Shown: positions 13,188 through 27,170, counted from the stretch's first letter. The stretch is DNA of 64,000 nucleotides from Eledone cirrhosa (GCA_964016885.1 OZ024750.1:13330001-13394000), one strand, 5' to 3'. The notes: generated by a model from the letters alone, not told the origin. Numbers and translations: made by a program.

Positions 13188-13391
13188 CCCTTTAGCATTT
13201 AAACCGGTTGTATCCGGCCAGAATTCTCTCACGTCTTTCTGTTCAAACTGGCTGTAACTGTCCACTCATACTGATGTTAAGGTATTGTTCTCAAAATAAA
13301 TATCAAAATCTCATAGATTCGATATTATGTGAGGTAAAGCCTTACAATGAAAATATAATAGTATATATAGAGTAATGTAAATGCTAAAGGG
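13188..13391 (+). mobile_element. piggyBac-type MITE
   Basis: TTAA target duplication; TIR CCCTTTAGCATTTA / TAAATGCTAAAGGG. Confidence 0.85.
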
Positions 13392-14471
13392 TTAATGTCT
13401 GCTTTCCATGTTAGTAAAGGTTGGACTGGTCTAAAAAGACCACGTCAGCTACTGACCTTCCAGACGAGTCAGGTATCTGACATCTCATTTATGTACAGTC
13501 TTATGTTCTATTGAGTGCACTGAAAAGGTTGTCATGTCTTTGATACAACTTAAGGGTCCCCCCAACCCTTTTTTTGGCAAGCTATCTATGGCTGGATGTC
13601 CTTAGAAGCCATGTCAGATGTAGGATGTACAAGTGAAGTAAGGTTGTCAAATTCATTGACACTGAAACCATGTATAGAAAGTACATGTGGTGATGATGAT
13701 GTCTATCAGGAAGATGAACATTATGTAATTCCATGCTGTAAGTTAAGTCTGCAGTTGTATGAAATTATAATTAACATAGATATGCCAGATTTAATTATAG
13801 TACAGGTATGCCAGGTTTAATAATAGTACAGGTATGCTATTAATACATAATAGTGAAACAAAAAAAAAAAAAAAAAAAAAAGGTGGGTGGTTCAGAAGGT
13901 ATTATCAAAAAATGAATAAAATAAATTCCTGTAATTTTCAAACCAAGTTATCTTCAAGTCTTATCAGACTTACAGAAGTTTGTATATAAATCTTCTTGTG
14001 GTTAGGCGTTCATAGAAGCATCTTTAGTTGTGGTATTGAAGCTGAGCTATTTCTAGCTGAGTTGAAAAGGGTTTGAGATTAGAATATATTCTACTGCTTC
14101 AACAAATATTCTTTGTTGCCACTTAAAAATACCTTACAGCATTTACCATCTCAAGTGTCAGTATAAGATTCTATACAAATACTACCCCTAACTCTTTTAT
14201 ACCTTTCCCAGAATATCAATAGAATGTAGATAAATAAACTCTCCCACATCTGATATTATTAGACAGCGTATGCTACTCTAAGATATTATTACAACTAAAT
14301 AACATTTCTTATGTTTCATACAGAATATTTATAGAACTAAATAATGTATCTTCAGACAAGCTGAGAGAAAGAAACTATTTTTTTTACTGTCTTACTGTCT
14401 GTTGGTTCTTTTGATACCAAACTGCCTGAAACTGTTCTTGGTTCTGATACAAAGCTGTTTATATTGATCTC

Positions 14472-14577
14472 CAGCCGAGGTTAACTTTGCCTTTCATCCT
14501 TACAGAGTCGATAAAATAAAGTACCAGTAATGTACTGGGATAATTGCTGGTCTTGTGCCAAAAGTAGAAACAATTAT
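14472..14577 (+). mobile_element. SINE 3' half (main family)
   Basis: Core and tail match. Confidence 0.8.
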
Positions 14578-14707
14578 AATTCTATACTAGAACTTTTGTT
14601 AAGTTATGTTCCAAACACCAGCTTAATAATGAGAAAGTGAATTATATTACTAAATCTGACTAAAATCTTGATTTTTTTTCCCCAAAAAATTAGTTGAAAA
14701 TCATAGG

Positions 14708-14913
14708 CAGTCTTTCATTAAAAAAAAGGTAGTGAAAAGGTATCATACCAGTGTCTTTCATTAGAAAAAGGGTAGTGAAAAGGTATCATACGCAGTGTCT
14801 TTCATTAGAAAAAAGGTAGTGAAAAGGTATCATACGCAGTGTCTTTCATTAGAAAAAAGGTAGTGAAAAGGTATCATACGCAGTGTCTTTCACTAGAAAA
14901 AAGGTAGTGAAAG
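14708..14913. repeat. Minisatellite, 44-bp unit, about 4.7 copies
   Basis: GCAGTGTCTTTCATTAGAAAAAAGGTAGTGAAAAGGTATCATAC recurs at 14792, 14836, 14880. Confidence 0.9.
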
Positions 14914-15119
14914 GCTAATTTGATAATCTCACTCAGTATTTTAATCTGATATGTTTGAAGAATGATGTCTAAAACTATATAGCAATACTGTCTGGTCTTT
15001 AGTTAACTCTTATATTTGTTCAATATCAGTTCTGTATGAACAAGACATGGTATCTGACCCGACTTGCCTCAAATAGGACAACCCGTCTAACCCATGCTAG
15101 CATGGAAAATGTATGTTAA

Positions 15120-15327
15120 CCCTTTAGCATTGAAACCAGTCATAGCCAGTCAGAATTCCCTCACCTCTTTCTGTTCAAACTGACTGTAACGAGCCACTCC
15201 TACTTAGGTTCAGGTATTGTTCTCAAAATAAATAATACCAAAATCTCATAGATTCAATATTATGTGAGTTAAAGCCTTTACTGTGAAAATACAATAGTAT
15301 ATATAGAATCATGTAAATGCTAAAGGG
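15120..15327 (+). mobile_element. piggyBac-type MITE (same family as 13188)
   Basis: TTAA TSD, CCCTTTAGCATT TIR, internal similarity to 13188-13391. Confidence 0.85.
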
Positions 15328-15804
15328 TTAAATGATGATGATGATTTTGTGATATTTCGTTAACCAGGTTAACTAAATGAAGAAGGTATAAATAATATTC
15401 AAATTAAGAGAAAATATATTAAACAGAAAATAAAATAAACACAACAATAAAAATTGACAAATATTGTTTTTTTTTAAAAAAGCAGGTATTTAATTCTTAA
15501 ATATTTTGACTGGGTGAATTTTATATTTGTTGGTGTTGTTTGTTCTTCACAATTGACTAAATGTTTTGTTTTTTTTTACATCACTTTTACAAAAAGTATT
15601 AAACTTTTAAGTTTCAAAATAATTTACTGCTCTTAAATCCATTAGTTTGATAAATTAATACTAATGCAAAACAAATTCCAAAAGAGGATATTACATATGA
15701 TCCAACAAGGTAGAAAATGAGAGCATTTTATTTCAGGTAAGTCTTTTTTTTTTTAGTGTCTAAAAGGGTTTCCTCAAACTTTCACATTCACAAGTATTTA
15801 AAAA

Positions 15805-16250
15805 TCACTTTTGAGGTACAATATCTGCAATCCATTTAAGATAAGGAGAATTGCCTTTATCAATAGGTGTTGATATGACTTCAGCTACATCATATGGGTG
15901 ATTACCACGAACAAATTCAACAACATCATTGACCCGACATGTCCGAGTTTTAATCATCAATAATATCTCAGGATCTTCGTTCACTTCATTTTCCCATTCA
16001 TACACAGAGATCACACCAGGTATTATATTGACACAAGCTGCTAACTTTTCTCGTACCAAACCTCCAGCAATATGTTTGGCTACATTCATATCAGGTACTG
16101 TTACAAATGCCATGGAGTAGACACCAGATTGGTTGTAATTTGCATCACTTCCAGGCATCATCATGTTATGTTGATGTATCGGACCAGTCTGACCAGTCTG
16201 ACCAGTGGACATAGTTAATGATGACAGGATACGGCTAAATCCAAATCGAG
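15805..16250 (-). CDS. CUTA: CutA divalent-cation-tolerance protein homolog, main coding exon (internal ATG at 16212)
   Basis: SMAFVTVPD..AKHIAGGLVREKLAACVNIIPGVISVYEWENEV..E.LLMIKT..HPYDVAEVIS.PI.KGN.PYL.W is the CutA1 signature. Acceptor TCTTTTTCAG| at 16251; the frame is open upstream of the Met. Confidence 0.95.
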
Positions 16251-16384
16251 CTGAAAAAGATATTTAAAAATATTATAACATAGAACTCATGTTTAAAAAC
16301 AGTTGTAAATGTTAGTTAATTCCATATACATTTTTAGTAAATAAATAATAGTAGTAGAGGCACTCCTTCAGTTACGAAGAGTGT

Positions 16385-16670
16385 TCCAGTTGATACGATC
16401 AACAGAACAGCGTTAAATTAACGTGCAAGTGGCTGAGCATTCCACAAACACGTGTATGTACCCTTAACGTAATTCTCGGGGAGATTCAGCGTGACACAGA
16501 ATGTGACAAGGCTGGCTCTTCGAATTGCGGGTAGAACTCATTTTTGCCAGCTGAGTGGACTGGAGCATCATGAAATAAAGTGTCTTGCTCAAGGATACTG
16601 CATGCCACCAGCAATCGAACTCACGAACTTACGATCATGAACTGAATTCCCTAACCACAAAGCCACACAC
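16385..16670 (-). mobile_element. Second tRNA-derived SINE family (CCTTGAGCAAGACACTT core)
   Basis: Minus strand has GTGGCTTTGTGGTTAGG (A box), GAGTTCGATT (B box) and the core. Relatives at 7621-7720, 37845-37930, 55117-55250. Confidence 0.65.
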
Positions 16671-17249
16671 TTTTTACACTAAATAAATAATCAAATCAGA
16701 AAAGTGTTCTGAAGTCTGAAAGAGATTACAAAGCTAAGAAATGAGAGAAACTGTTGTGAATCTAGGAAATTAAACATAACTTGATATATGCTTACTGCTC
16801 TTTCTCTGTGTATGTGGTGTAAGGGTGAGAGTGAGGGTAATTGAGGGTGAGAGTGATATAGTGTGAAGGACAAATTAGTGTGTGTGGTGTAAGAGTGGGT
16901 GAGGGTGATATAGTATAAAGGACAAATTAGTGTGTGAGGGCGAGAGTTAGTGACTGTGAGAGGGATATAGTGTGATAGATAAATTAGTGTGTGTGGTGTA
17001 GGGGTAATTGAGGGTAAGGCTGATATAGTGTGGAGGACAAATTAGATATTATAAAACATAACTGCAATATTGGGTGGTGTAAATTTAGAAATTTTTTAAT
17101 ATTTTGAAAGTTGAAAAATGTTATCATTTTAAGCAAACAATAAGTTAATGTTTGGTTGCTTAGTAACTGCATGAGAATGTCTTAATCCAATTACAATATA
17201 TCAGATATAGAATTAAATTATGGGAAAACACATATATATTATATCATTA

Positions 17250-17364
17250 TGTTCAAATCCCGCCGAGGTTAACTTTGCCTTTCATCCTTATGAGGTCGAT
17301 AAAATAAAGTACCAGTAATACATTGGGATAATTGCTGGCCTTGTGCCAAAAGTAGAAACAATTA
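17250..17364 (+). mobile_element. SINE, 5'-truncated (main family)
   Basis: GTTCAAATCCCGCCGAGG plus core and tail. Confidence 0.85.
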
Positions 17365-18678
17365 TGTTCATAACAGAACAACAACACTACCCAAGGTTTC
17401 AAGGCGCAATATTGGATGCTTGTTGTTTTCTTAGCCTAGTGAGGATGGAGGTTAAGAAAGAGCTACATGTGTGTGTGTCTATATATATATATATATACAC
17501 ACACACATATACATACACATAGGAAGAGAGAAAAGATTTTGAAAATTGAACACCACTACAAAGCTTTAATGAATAGTAACAGTCCATATTCTATAATATA
17601 CAATCAAACTATCGTAAAATAAGTGGATGTCAAGGGTTAATTCAGATTAAGAAATCGCGAGACACGGTCACCCGATCAATCTTGCCTCAAGTGGGACAAT
17701 TCCCGTCTAACCCATGCTAGTGTGGAAGATAGCCATTAAACGATGATGATGATATAATCTACAATCTAGTTCATGAGTTAATGTTTGATGGTGATAGTGT
17801 TGTCAGTAAGTACCCTGTGTGTAGCTATCCTCATCAGAAATATGGCATCTGTCCCATGTATTGGTATAAATCCAGACTACATTCTATTTCTATTTCAATT
17901 CTCTCTCCCTACTCCACCAGCCATCTTTCTCTCTCTCTCTCTCTTTCCCCTCTGCCATCTTTCTCTCTCTCTCTTTCCCCTCTGCCATCTTTCTCTCTCT
18001 CCCTCTCTCCTTGTACCCGGATCTATATGATTTTATATCTAAGACTTCACCTCTTTAGTACATTCTCCCTGCTTTATTAAACAGTTAATAGTGGTATAGA
18101 AGTTAATTAACTAACAAACTAAATCTAAAGTCTTGTTTAGATTCCCAACTGTAGTTATACTCCTTACCCTATATCTGTTGTGGTTATAAAAGACTAATAA
18201 TAAAACTGTTATCAAAAATAAATATTTCCTTTAAGTATTTAAGTACTAACTCAATCCATATTGATGTTCTCAGCAACCCCCAGACTTCCTTAATAACCTC
18301 ACTAATTAACTGATAATTTTTATAGCTAAACTTTCAGTGGCCTGGATTACACATGCAGGCTCCCCTTCTTTCCATTTTTAGATTTTGTTGAGTAGCCTCT
18401 CAATAATTTCTAAAGCATAAGACCTATTTTAGTAACTGGACTTTATAATAGCAAACATCACCTCAGTATAATATTGACATATTTATTTTATTCAATGTGC
18501 ACAACTATAAATGCACACATACCCATTAACAGCAACTTGCATACTTTAGAAACCCATCCAGAGTATATTTCAATGCGAAGGTTAAACAGAGAGCTCAATA
18601 AAGTTATTACATTAAAACAACTTCCTGGTTATGTAATATAAGAATATACAAAATAGAGAATGAGAGTACACTGGATAT

Positions 18679-18710
<32 letters not shown>

Positions 18711-20356
18711 CATAGGATGTATTATATCCTCCTTTCAAAATATTACTTACTTTGTACATTGTTTCAAAATATAATCACATGCTACTCTTCTCAAAAACTA
18801 ATATTCACCATTCTGCCTACAGAGTACGGCCAAATCACTGCTCAGACTGGGGTTTAGGGTCTGTCCCTCTATCCCTCCCCTTCACTGCTAATTTGAAGAT
18901 GTCCCTCTATCCCCTCATCTCCCTTCCCTTTGCTGCTTATTCGAATATAAGCCGAGGAAGTATGTGACCAAATAATCAATGGTAAAATGAGAGGTTGGCT
19001 TATATACACCATCTAAATAATGTGTTGATTAGCTACTTTCGTTTATAAACAGGGTTTGGATTTTCACCTATTTCTTAGACATAATATAGAGGAGTGGGGA
19101 TCAGGTTATATTTGAGTATATATGGTAATTCTCTTTTTTCTCTTTTCTTGTTTCATTTAAATATTGTTGTAAATATTATATTGTAGTTACTATCAATAAA
19201 TATAGTTCCTCTCATAACAAGTGAAATTATATTCAATTGTTTGACCAGGTTTTCTAAAATTAGTGAAACAGTTAATAACATTTAGCAACATGCTATTTCT
19301 TATACTACAGCCATTGCCACAATAAATAATGAATTAGCCAACTGGAAACTGTCCAATATGGTTGTTCATTGAAGTAATCTGCAATAAAAATGGAATTTCT
19401 GAAATTATCAATATAAATTAAGAGTAGCACTTGTGTTCACTTAACTAATCAGATCAAATAGAAGTTTTATCTTTGCTAACAATACTATTGTCATATCAGT
19501 ATATAATAATATATCATAGACTAGGTCTTATGTCCTTCAACTAACACTACCTGAGATTTTATATCAAGCCCAGTGTTATTATCTACTTAGTGTATACACT
19601 CAAATATTAGCTGACCCCTTATTTTATGTCGGAGAAATGGGCAAAAAACCAAACCTCATTGATAAGCTGAGGTAGTTAAGCAACACATTTGTCTATTAAC
19701 TTCCCTATAGCCAACAATAGGATATCATTAGAAAAACTGAGAAAGAAAAAAAATTTCATTTCTTACTTTTTTCTTTAAAATAACCCTTATTAAAGGAACA
19801 CAAAGCAATTTATTTCCTCATAAAATATAATTGTTTTGTTACTTCCTTTTAATTTTAAAACAAAAAAAAAATCTAAATACACAAGTACAAGTGTATTAGA
19901 GAGTTTAAGTTTCACTACCATAAATGTACAGTAAATTGGAAGCTGGTAGTCCAGAACAACTGTTTTCATCTTTTCCTTGGCAACAATGACTGTAAAACTA
20001 TAAATGCCAGCTATAAAGCTCTTCAGAGACGAAAAAGAATCTGAAATATGGATGAAGTAGCCAGCAGATGATAACTGGAAACTTTGAGTGGGTGTTAACC
20101 TTACACATACAAAACAATTTGGTTTTTAATAACTAGCATGTAAACAAATACAAAAGTAGATTTTGTCTTGCAACAAAGCAATATTGTTTACGCTTATGAG
20201 GGTAGAGTAAGTATGTTAAGTTAACAATAATACATACTAACTATGTATATAACTAGTAGTAATTTTACTTTATTCTATGTAGTAGCTATAATATGGAGTT
20301 CTTACAAGCTATATGTTGCAAAGTATGTTGTCTGAGACTTGAAACTATTATTATTA

Positions 20357-20830
20357 GGCAGGGCATTGAGATAGAGTTACGGCCCTTTACGATCTGAGTT
20401 CAAATCCTGCCAAGGTTAGCTTTGCCTTTCATCCTTATGGGGTCAAAAAATAAACTACTAGTCATGCACTGGGGTCGATTTAATTGACTTTCCCCTGCCC
20501 CAAAATTGCTGGCCTTGTGCCTAAATCAGAAACCATTATTATTATTATCTTATGGCCCTTTACATTCTGAGTTCAAATCCCACCAAGGTTAACTTTGCCT
20601 TTCATCCTTACGGAGTCGATAAAATAAAGTACCAGTAATGTACTGAGGTTGATTTAATCGACTTGCCTCTCCAAAAAAATTGCTAGATTTGTGCCTAATG
20701 GTAGAAACAATTATTATTATTATTATTATTAACAGGACAGTGGATTGGCAGTATCAGTAGAGAAACAGACAACATACTTTCTTCTCCCCCAAAATTGGTG
20801 ACCTTGTGTCGAAATCAGAAACTATTATTA
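20357..20830 (+). mobile_element. Cluster of three partial SINE copies
   Basis: B boxes near 20397 and 20570, A box near 20746, (ATT)n tails. Confidence 0.8.
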
Positions 20831-22433
20831 CAGTCTCAACTATTTTAGAAGCAACAACAGTGGACAAGACATTTTGAGACAGAATTCTATGGCCAGATGT
20901 CCTTTTATGATACAAAACTGTCCTCATTAAAGTGTTTATATTTATCTAAAAACCTCCCTTCTTAGCTTTATGTTCTTACATAACTTTATGTTATGTTACA
21001 AACCATCTGAAACCACCCCTGATTCTAAGACAGAAAACTGTCCTTATTAAAATGTTTATATTTATCTAAAAACCTTTCATAAACACTTTATGTAAGAACC
21101 TTTGTTAAGCTATGTTCCAAACACCAGCTTAATAATAAGAAATTACCAAACTCCTCTTGAATGTTATAGACAGTGTTTTTCATTAGTGATATGGTAACGA
21201 ATGGGTTAACAGTTTAGAAACGGAAAAGATGAAAGCTTCTTATCTTTTTATCATCACTTAACAGACGTTAAATTAACATGATGATAACCAGGAAGCTTTT
21301 ATCAAAATGTTGCAGAGGTTAAATTAAAATAATGAAATATAAAAATATATCTAATACATGCTTTATCAACTGGTGACTGAGAATTGAAAAAAATGTTAAA
21401 CCTACTTAAATAAGACAACAAGAATAACACAGAAGATAACAGTTGAGAATGTTAACAAATTATTAAGTTTACTAATATTTTTTTTTTTTTTGTTGTTTTG
21501 CTTCCAAGTGAAAATTATAACTAAACATTTGTGTTGTGCTAAGCTTTTGGGAAAAGTGGATGAAAGCACAATGCTAACTCCTAAAATAGAATGAAGATAT
21601 AGAAGCTTAAACATTTCAGTTTAACATTAATAGATTATAATACAAAAGACAATGGAGTTATCTTAAGACGGGAAAATCAATGCAAGAGAATAATCTCAGA
21701 CATCTAAAGACAAGTATAAAGTTGGTCTTTATTTAAAGGGGTGATGGTGTTGGTGGGAACATTTCTGTTTACAAAAGGAAACCAAGTATCAGCAAGATAA
21801 AGAATTTAATTCTTTTGATAGATACTAAACCACCTGAAACCATCCCTGGTTCTATGCTATAAAACAGTTTGTTTTAAATTATTTGTTTATATTTTATCTA
21901 AATATCTTCCATCATAATTTTAAGTAAGAATGCTTGTTAATTCTTTCATTATCATCATTTTAATAAAAGATATTTCCTATTATTTGGAAAATAATTAAGG
22001 ATTTGGAAATATTTTGTAATATAACATTCTCATTATTTAGTTGGTATTTGGAACATAACTGAAAGGTTCTTACATAAAATTATAGCAGAATAAAGAGGTT
22101 CAACTAGATAAAACAAAAAATAGAAAATTTATGTTACTCATTTCATTCCTTAATTGTGGTCTTTTAAACAAAAAGAATAGTAACATCCTTCCTTTCTAGT
22201 TTTGAAAGGAGAGGATAAAGTATAAACTACATCAAACAACTTTTAAAATAACTTTATTTTATAAAACAGATAGTTAAACCTTTCATTGCTATGATTGTAT
22301 TGATGCAAACTACTTGAATTACTCAATGAAGAACTTGGAGAGATTTACTAAAATTATTAATTATTTTATGATTAAGAGTGTAACATAACAAAAAGTTCTT
22401 ATATCAAATTATGTTGGAAGATTTTAAATTTCA

Positions 22434-22623
22434 AGGTTGGACTGAAAAGATCATAGGCTGAATATGAAGGATTGATGCTAGAGCTGTGAAATCTTGCATG
22501 CATTAATTTCAACTCTTAATAACTACATTGTTTCTTTCCAAGTACTGTGTTAAAAAAATAAACCTCATTTGGTCATTCCATGAGAGTTTATTGGTCAGCC
22601 TATGAACCTTTCAGCCGACCCTC
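22434..22623. mobile_element. Mariner-type MITE (degenerate); a further TIR fragment lies at 24568-24630
   Basis: GGTTGGACTGAAAAGATCATAGGCTGA vs TCAGCCTATGAACCTTTCAGCCGACC inverted termini. Confidence 0.6.
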
Positions 22624-22625
22624 AG

Positions 22626-22765
22626 AGTTGGATAACATCCATGAGCTCGGCTGATCTCACTTGGGAATCCAGTTGGATCAACTGGAGATTGTTGCTTCTG
22701 ACAGGACCCGATGGGACTCTGCCCCAACAACCCTCTCATAAATAACTGAGCAAAGAAGAAGAGAA
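22626..22765 (+). mobile_element. RTE LINE 3' end
   Basis: GTTGGATAACATCCATGAGCTC is shared with the RTE piece at 59430; ends in (GAA)n. Confidence 0.6.
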
Positions 22766-24035
22766 GATTTTAAATTAAATAGGAACCCTTTAAAACTTTG
22801 TAAACCCAGAGGCAGTTTTGAGCAGGTTGGTATCAAAAGGGTAAAGAATACAAAATTAAAATTTAGCCACTAAAAGAAAGAGCAGAGAAATGTGGAAACA
22901 TGCCAACAGTTTAGTAAGATAACAGATGTTATTTATAGTAATTCTAGTCATCATTTATAATTAGAAAATATGTTTAGAGAAAGTTTAGCAGAAATATAAA
23001 TATATAACTTGATAAATTTCAAATATATTTAATGTTTGAATCTGAGAATAATTCAAAGGATCTTTCTTTAAATAAAATATATATCATATGTACAGCTGAG
23101 AGAAAACAGCAATTGTGTATGTGTTTTTATATATGTCTGTGAAAGAGGAAGGCGGGATAGCTCAAAATATTTCATGAATGTTACTATGTCATACTGACTT
23201 CAGTCTCTTTAATTATATTTTTATACAAGTCCTAATGATTCTATTACTTAGTAGTTAATAAAGCAATAACAACAAAATTTATTAATGAATTGTTTTACGA
23301 TAAAATACTCAAAATAAAGAGTTACTTTCTCACAGAATCGATACAATGTCTTACATCGGAAATATATCCAAGAGAAATTTCTAACATAACACAGCAGATA
23401 ACCTTTAATACAGAAAAACATAAATACTAGAATAGGTATATGTAATACTGAAAGTAATCTAAGCAAAATCCCATGCTCCAAAACCATTAAGTTTCTTTAA
23501 CTCTAAGTAACTCATTTTCTTCTTATCATCCTGCAAATTCTAACAGATTAAACTTTGATATTGAAGCAGAGCCTAAGCACAATAGAAATACTTTACTTGC
23601 CGAAGACATGGATGGGCGGGAGGATCAGGGGAAGAAGGGAATCAATAACACAGAAGACAGAAAAACGTGAGAGGAGGAGATACAGTGAAGCTATAAATGT
23701 TAATAAATCTCCAGCTTCCTCACACTTGTTTTATCCTGCTTGACAAATCCTCAGTAAAATTGACTTTGACTATCACTAGAGAGGTTCGAAGGGTCCTTGT
23801 TGTTGTGTAGGCCCAAGTTAGCTCCAAGACCCATTGCACACAGTCAGCTGAACAACTAAGCAAGACCCACGGAATCTGTTTTTTTACAGTTATACCTTAA
23901 CTCTACCATGTTGACAGTTGTATTCAGACAGAGATGGGATGGACTGTCAGGATTAAAGTGGCAAAGACTCCACCGTACATTTAATAGTATGAAAAAACAT
24001 TTTTCCTCCTCAGAGTGTATGTTAATGTTATCCTG

Positions 24036-24356
24036 TATATATTCAAGTTATATAAATCTAAAGAAATAAGAACACTTACACAACACTTGTATATATAGAG
24101 TATATATTCAAGTTATATAAATCTAAAGAAATAAGAACACACTTACACAACACTTGTATATATAGAGTATATATTCAAGTTATATAAATCTAAAGAAATA
24201 AGAACACACTTACACAACACTTGTATATATAGAGTATATATTCAAGTTATATAAATCTAAAGAAATAAGAACACACTTACACAACACTTGTATATATAGA
24301 GTTATATTCAAGTTATATAAATCTAATGAAATAAGAATACACTTACACAACACTTG
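24036..24356. repeat. Minisatellite, 67-bp unit, about 4.8 copies
   Basis: TATATATTCAAGTTATATAAATCTAAAGAAATAAGAACAC.. recurs at 24101, 24168, 24235. Confidence 0.9.
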
Positions 24357-25910
24357 TTGGATTATAATTATCAGCAAAATAAAACTTAAAATCCCTTTTG
24401 TACTAGAAAGTGCTGAAATCAAAGACAATGAAGAGATAAATATCAAAATTCTATGTAAAATATTTAAAACTAAATTATATAACTGAAATACATATTTTAG
24501 AACAATCTGCTAGAGAAATAACAGATTGTTACATTTGAAAAGTTCTACACATATTTGACAAAATGCTAGGTTCGGCTGAAAAGTTCATAAGCCGGCCAAA
24601 ATACTCTCTTGGAATGACCAAATGAAGTATTTCGGTGCATCAAACTCAAATACATACTAATTATCGAAAACAAGAAATACAACTTTTTTTTACATTTACA
24701 AATTTACTCGTTTTCGCGAAGAGTTGTTCCCCTTGCAACGAGAAAAAATTAAAACAAGGGAGATAATCTAACATAAATATCAATTTACAAGTAACAACAA
24801 AATCATAGCGTTTTGGCTTGAACGCTGCAGGCTTCCCTTCCCAACACCAGTTGCGGGGCTAGAAAGAGGAAACGGACAAAGGACATAACCATTTTACCGT
24901 CCCGAGACGCTGTATGTATATATACATATATAATATATATATAAATATACGGTGATTAAGTCCAGTCAGGAGAAGTAATCAGAAAGGGGGACAACTTTGA
25001 TGGTCTTGGTGGAAGTTCCATCAATTTTTCTATCGTCCTACATTTTAAAACAATTCGAGGCCAATTTATTCATCATTCCAGTGTTGGTACAAATACCAGT
25101 CGTGTATTTGGGTTAAAATAATCGATTCCCCGTGCACCCTTTCCTTTCCACACAAAAAATCCCAGTTTTGTGCAAAAAGTAAATTAGAAACAATTATGAA
25201 GGGGTATACATTTGAAATGCAGTTGAAGGGAAGAATTTAATTAATTAAATATTGCACGTGATCATCAATTAGAATATGGGAACAAGTCTCCTTAAACTGT
25301 TTTTCTTTTTTTTTTTCGTTGCATCATCATCGTCATCATGATCAGGTTTAATGTCTTCTTTACTTATCACAAGAATTGGAGTAAATTTTACAGTGGAATA
25401 AATTTCATTAAAATTATATATAACCATATCACATGATTTCTAATTTGAATTTGTTTTAATCCCAAATAATAAATAATCTTTCAGGACAAAAATCTTGTTG
25501 AGGAAGTATTTTCCAGGAAGACTTACACCTGGGATTAAGAACAAGACAGCTTAATTATTGTTAATTAGTAATGGATAAAGAGGGAAATAAAGAAATGATA
25601 GTTTTATTTGGAATCTGGAGAGTAACAATGGATGCGAAAGGGCAGGGAGAGGTATTGATTTATTGATTGGATTTGAGAGCTAAAGTGGCGCTAGAAGAGA
25701 CAGATTGTGTTGTAAATAAACTGATTTCATCTTCAACGTCCTGTACTGCATGAAACCACATTAGTAAAACATTCTTCATAACACACCACTGATCGTGTCA
25801 CATTACTAAGTCTTTATTTTAACACTGCAAATGTTCACAATTATCTGTCCACCAATACAGACACTATACTATACTACATTATAATATAATATACTATACT
25901 TGCTATACTA

Positions 25911-26029
25911 TAATTGTTTCTTCTTTTGGCACAAGGCCAACAATTATCCCAGTGTACCACTGGTACTTTATTTTATCAACCCCGTAAGGATGAAAGACAA
26001 ATTTAACCTCGGCGGGATTTGAACTCAGA
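25911..26029 (-). mobile_element. SINE, 5'-truncated (main family)
   Basis: Reverse complement of B box, core and tail. Confidence 0.85.
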
Positions 26030-26394
26030 CCATAATATACAATACTATGCTCTATGATAATATACTATGCTATACATTACTATACTATATACAATCATTT
26101 GATTTAACAAACTCATATTTTTAGATATTTTCTGTTAAATCATAACAGGATATTAAAGAGTTAAGGGGAAGTGTCAAGGACGTATGTGTGTCTGGTGGGT
26201 ACAACCTCCTATCAAATACTGAGTACATTTCCATCTAATACTAATCAACTCCACCTACCAAAGTTAGTCTTGTGACTTATCTTTCTTTATTTAATGTTCA
26301 TTTGAAGATTTAAAACGATCAATGAGTGTGAGATTTAGATACAAACGAAAACAAAGAAAACATTTCATGTCATCTTGTCAAACTAAACTGAAGA

Positions 26395-26607
26395 ACCGTA
26401 TATATACTGTAATATAAGCTGATACAAATATAAACCAACCCTACTATTTTATGTCTAAGAAATGGGCAAAATTACAAACTTTATTTACGTAGAATTTGTC
26501 GGTGAAAGTCATCAAAATATTGACTGCGAATATAAGTCAAACCTCTTTCTACCATCGATTTTATTGGTCACATACTCCCTCGGTTTATATTCGAATATAT
26601 ATGGTAA
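26395..26607. mobile_element. Tc1/pogo-like MITE (degenerate); relatives near 18935-19127 and 62100-62241
   Basis: ACCGTATATA..AATATAAG / TTATATTCGAATATATATGGTA imperfect inverted ends; shared internal AGAAATGGGCAAAA. Confidence 0.5.
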
Positions 26608-27142
26608 TATTTGTTTTTATTCTAAAAACGGGGACATCTTAAAAAAGAACTAGTAAACAAGGAAATTACAATTTCCTATCAACTATCAATATCTACCAAC
26701 AAATACACCTATTTCTCCCCACCCCGACTATATGTTTATATTGACAACTATTGATAACATGTCATCGATCTATCATCTGATCAACTATTTTTACAAAAAC
26801 AACATGAAATAAATCCAGGTTTGCATTAAACAAAGACATTGCACAGATTTGCAATTTCTATCATCTCAGAACACGAAGAGGGACAAACACGAAACCTCGA
26901 GTGCCAAACTCAATCTTATTGAACACCATTATCGATTTTAGTGGGAAATAATTTACGAGTTAATTAATTAAATATTTAATCAGTTGTTGTTGATTTTAGC
27001 TTTTATTTTCCTCGGTTAAATGTAATGAAGTTTTAAACATTAGGTTGAATAGTTTCTCATAAGGGAGTTAATGTAATATTTTCTTCAAACGATATTTAGA
27101 AGATAAGAGAAATATGCAAGTCTATATAAACAATAAACATAC

Positions 27143-27170
27143 CTGGCCGTAACAACGTGGTTAACGCCAT
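27143..27170 (-). CDS. CUTA: CutA candidate first coding exon (MALTTLLRP + G)
   Basis: ATGGCGTTAACCACGTTGTTACGGCCAG|GTATGT. The 28 nt give phase 1, exactly the phase needed by the 16250 acceptor; next to the shared promoter. Confidence 0.7.

Noticed and set aside
24820-24850. GGGAAGCCTG resembling RNase P/MRP conserved region I
   Set aside because: No matching CR-V or P4 pairing found
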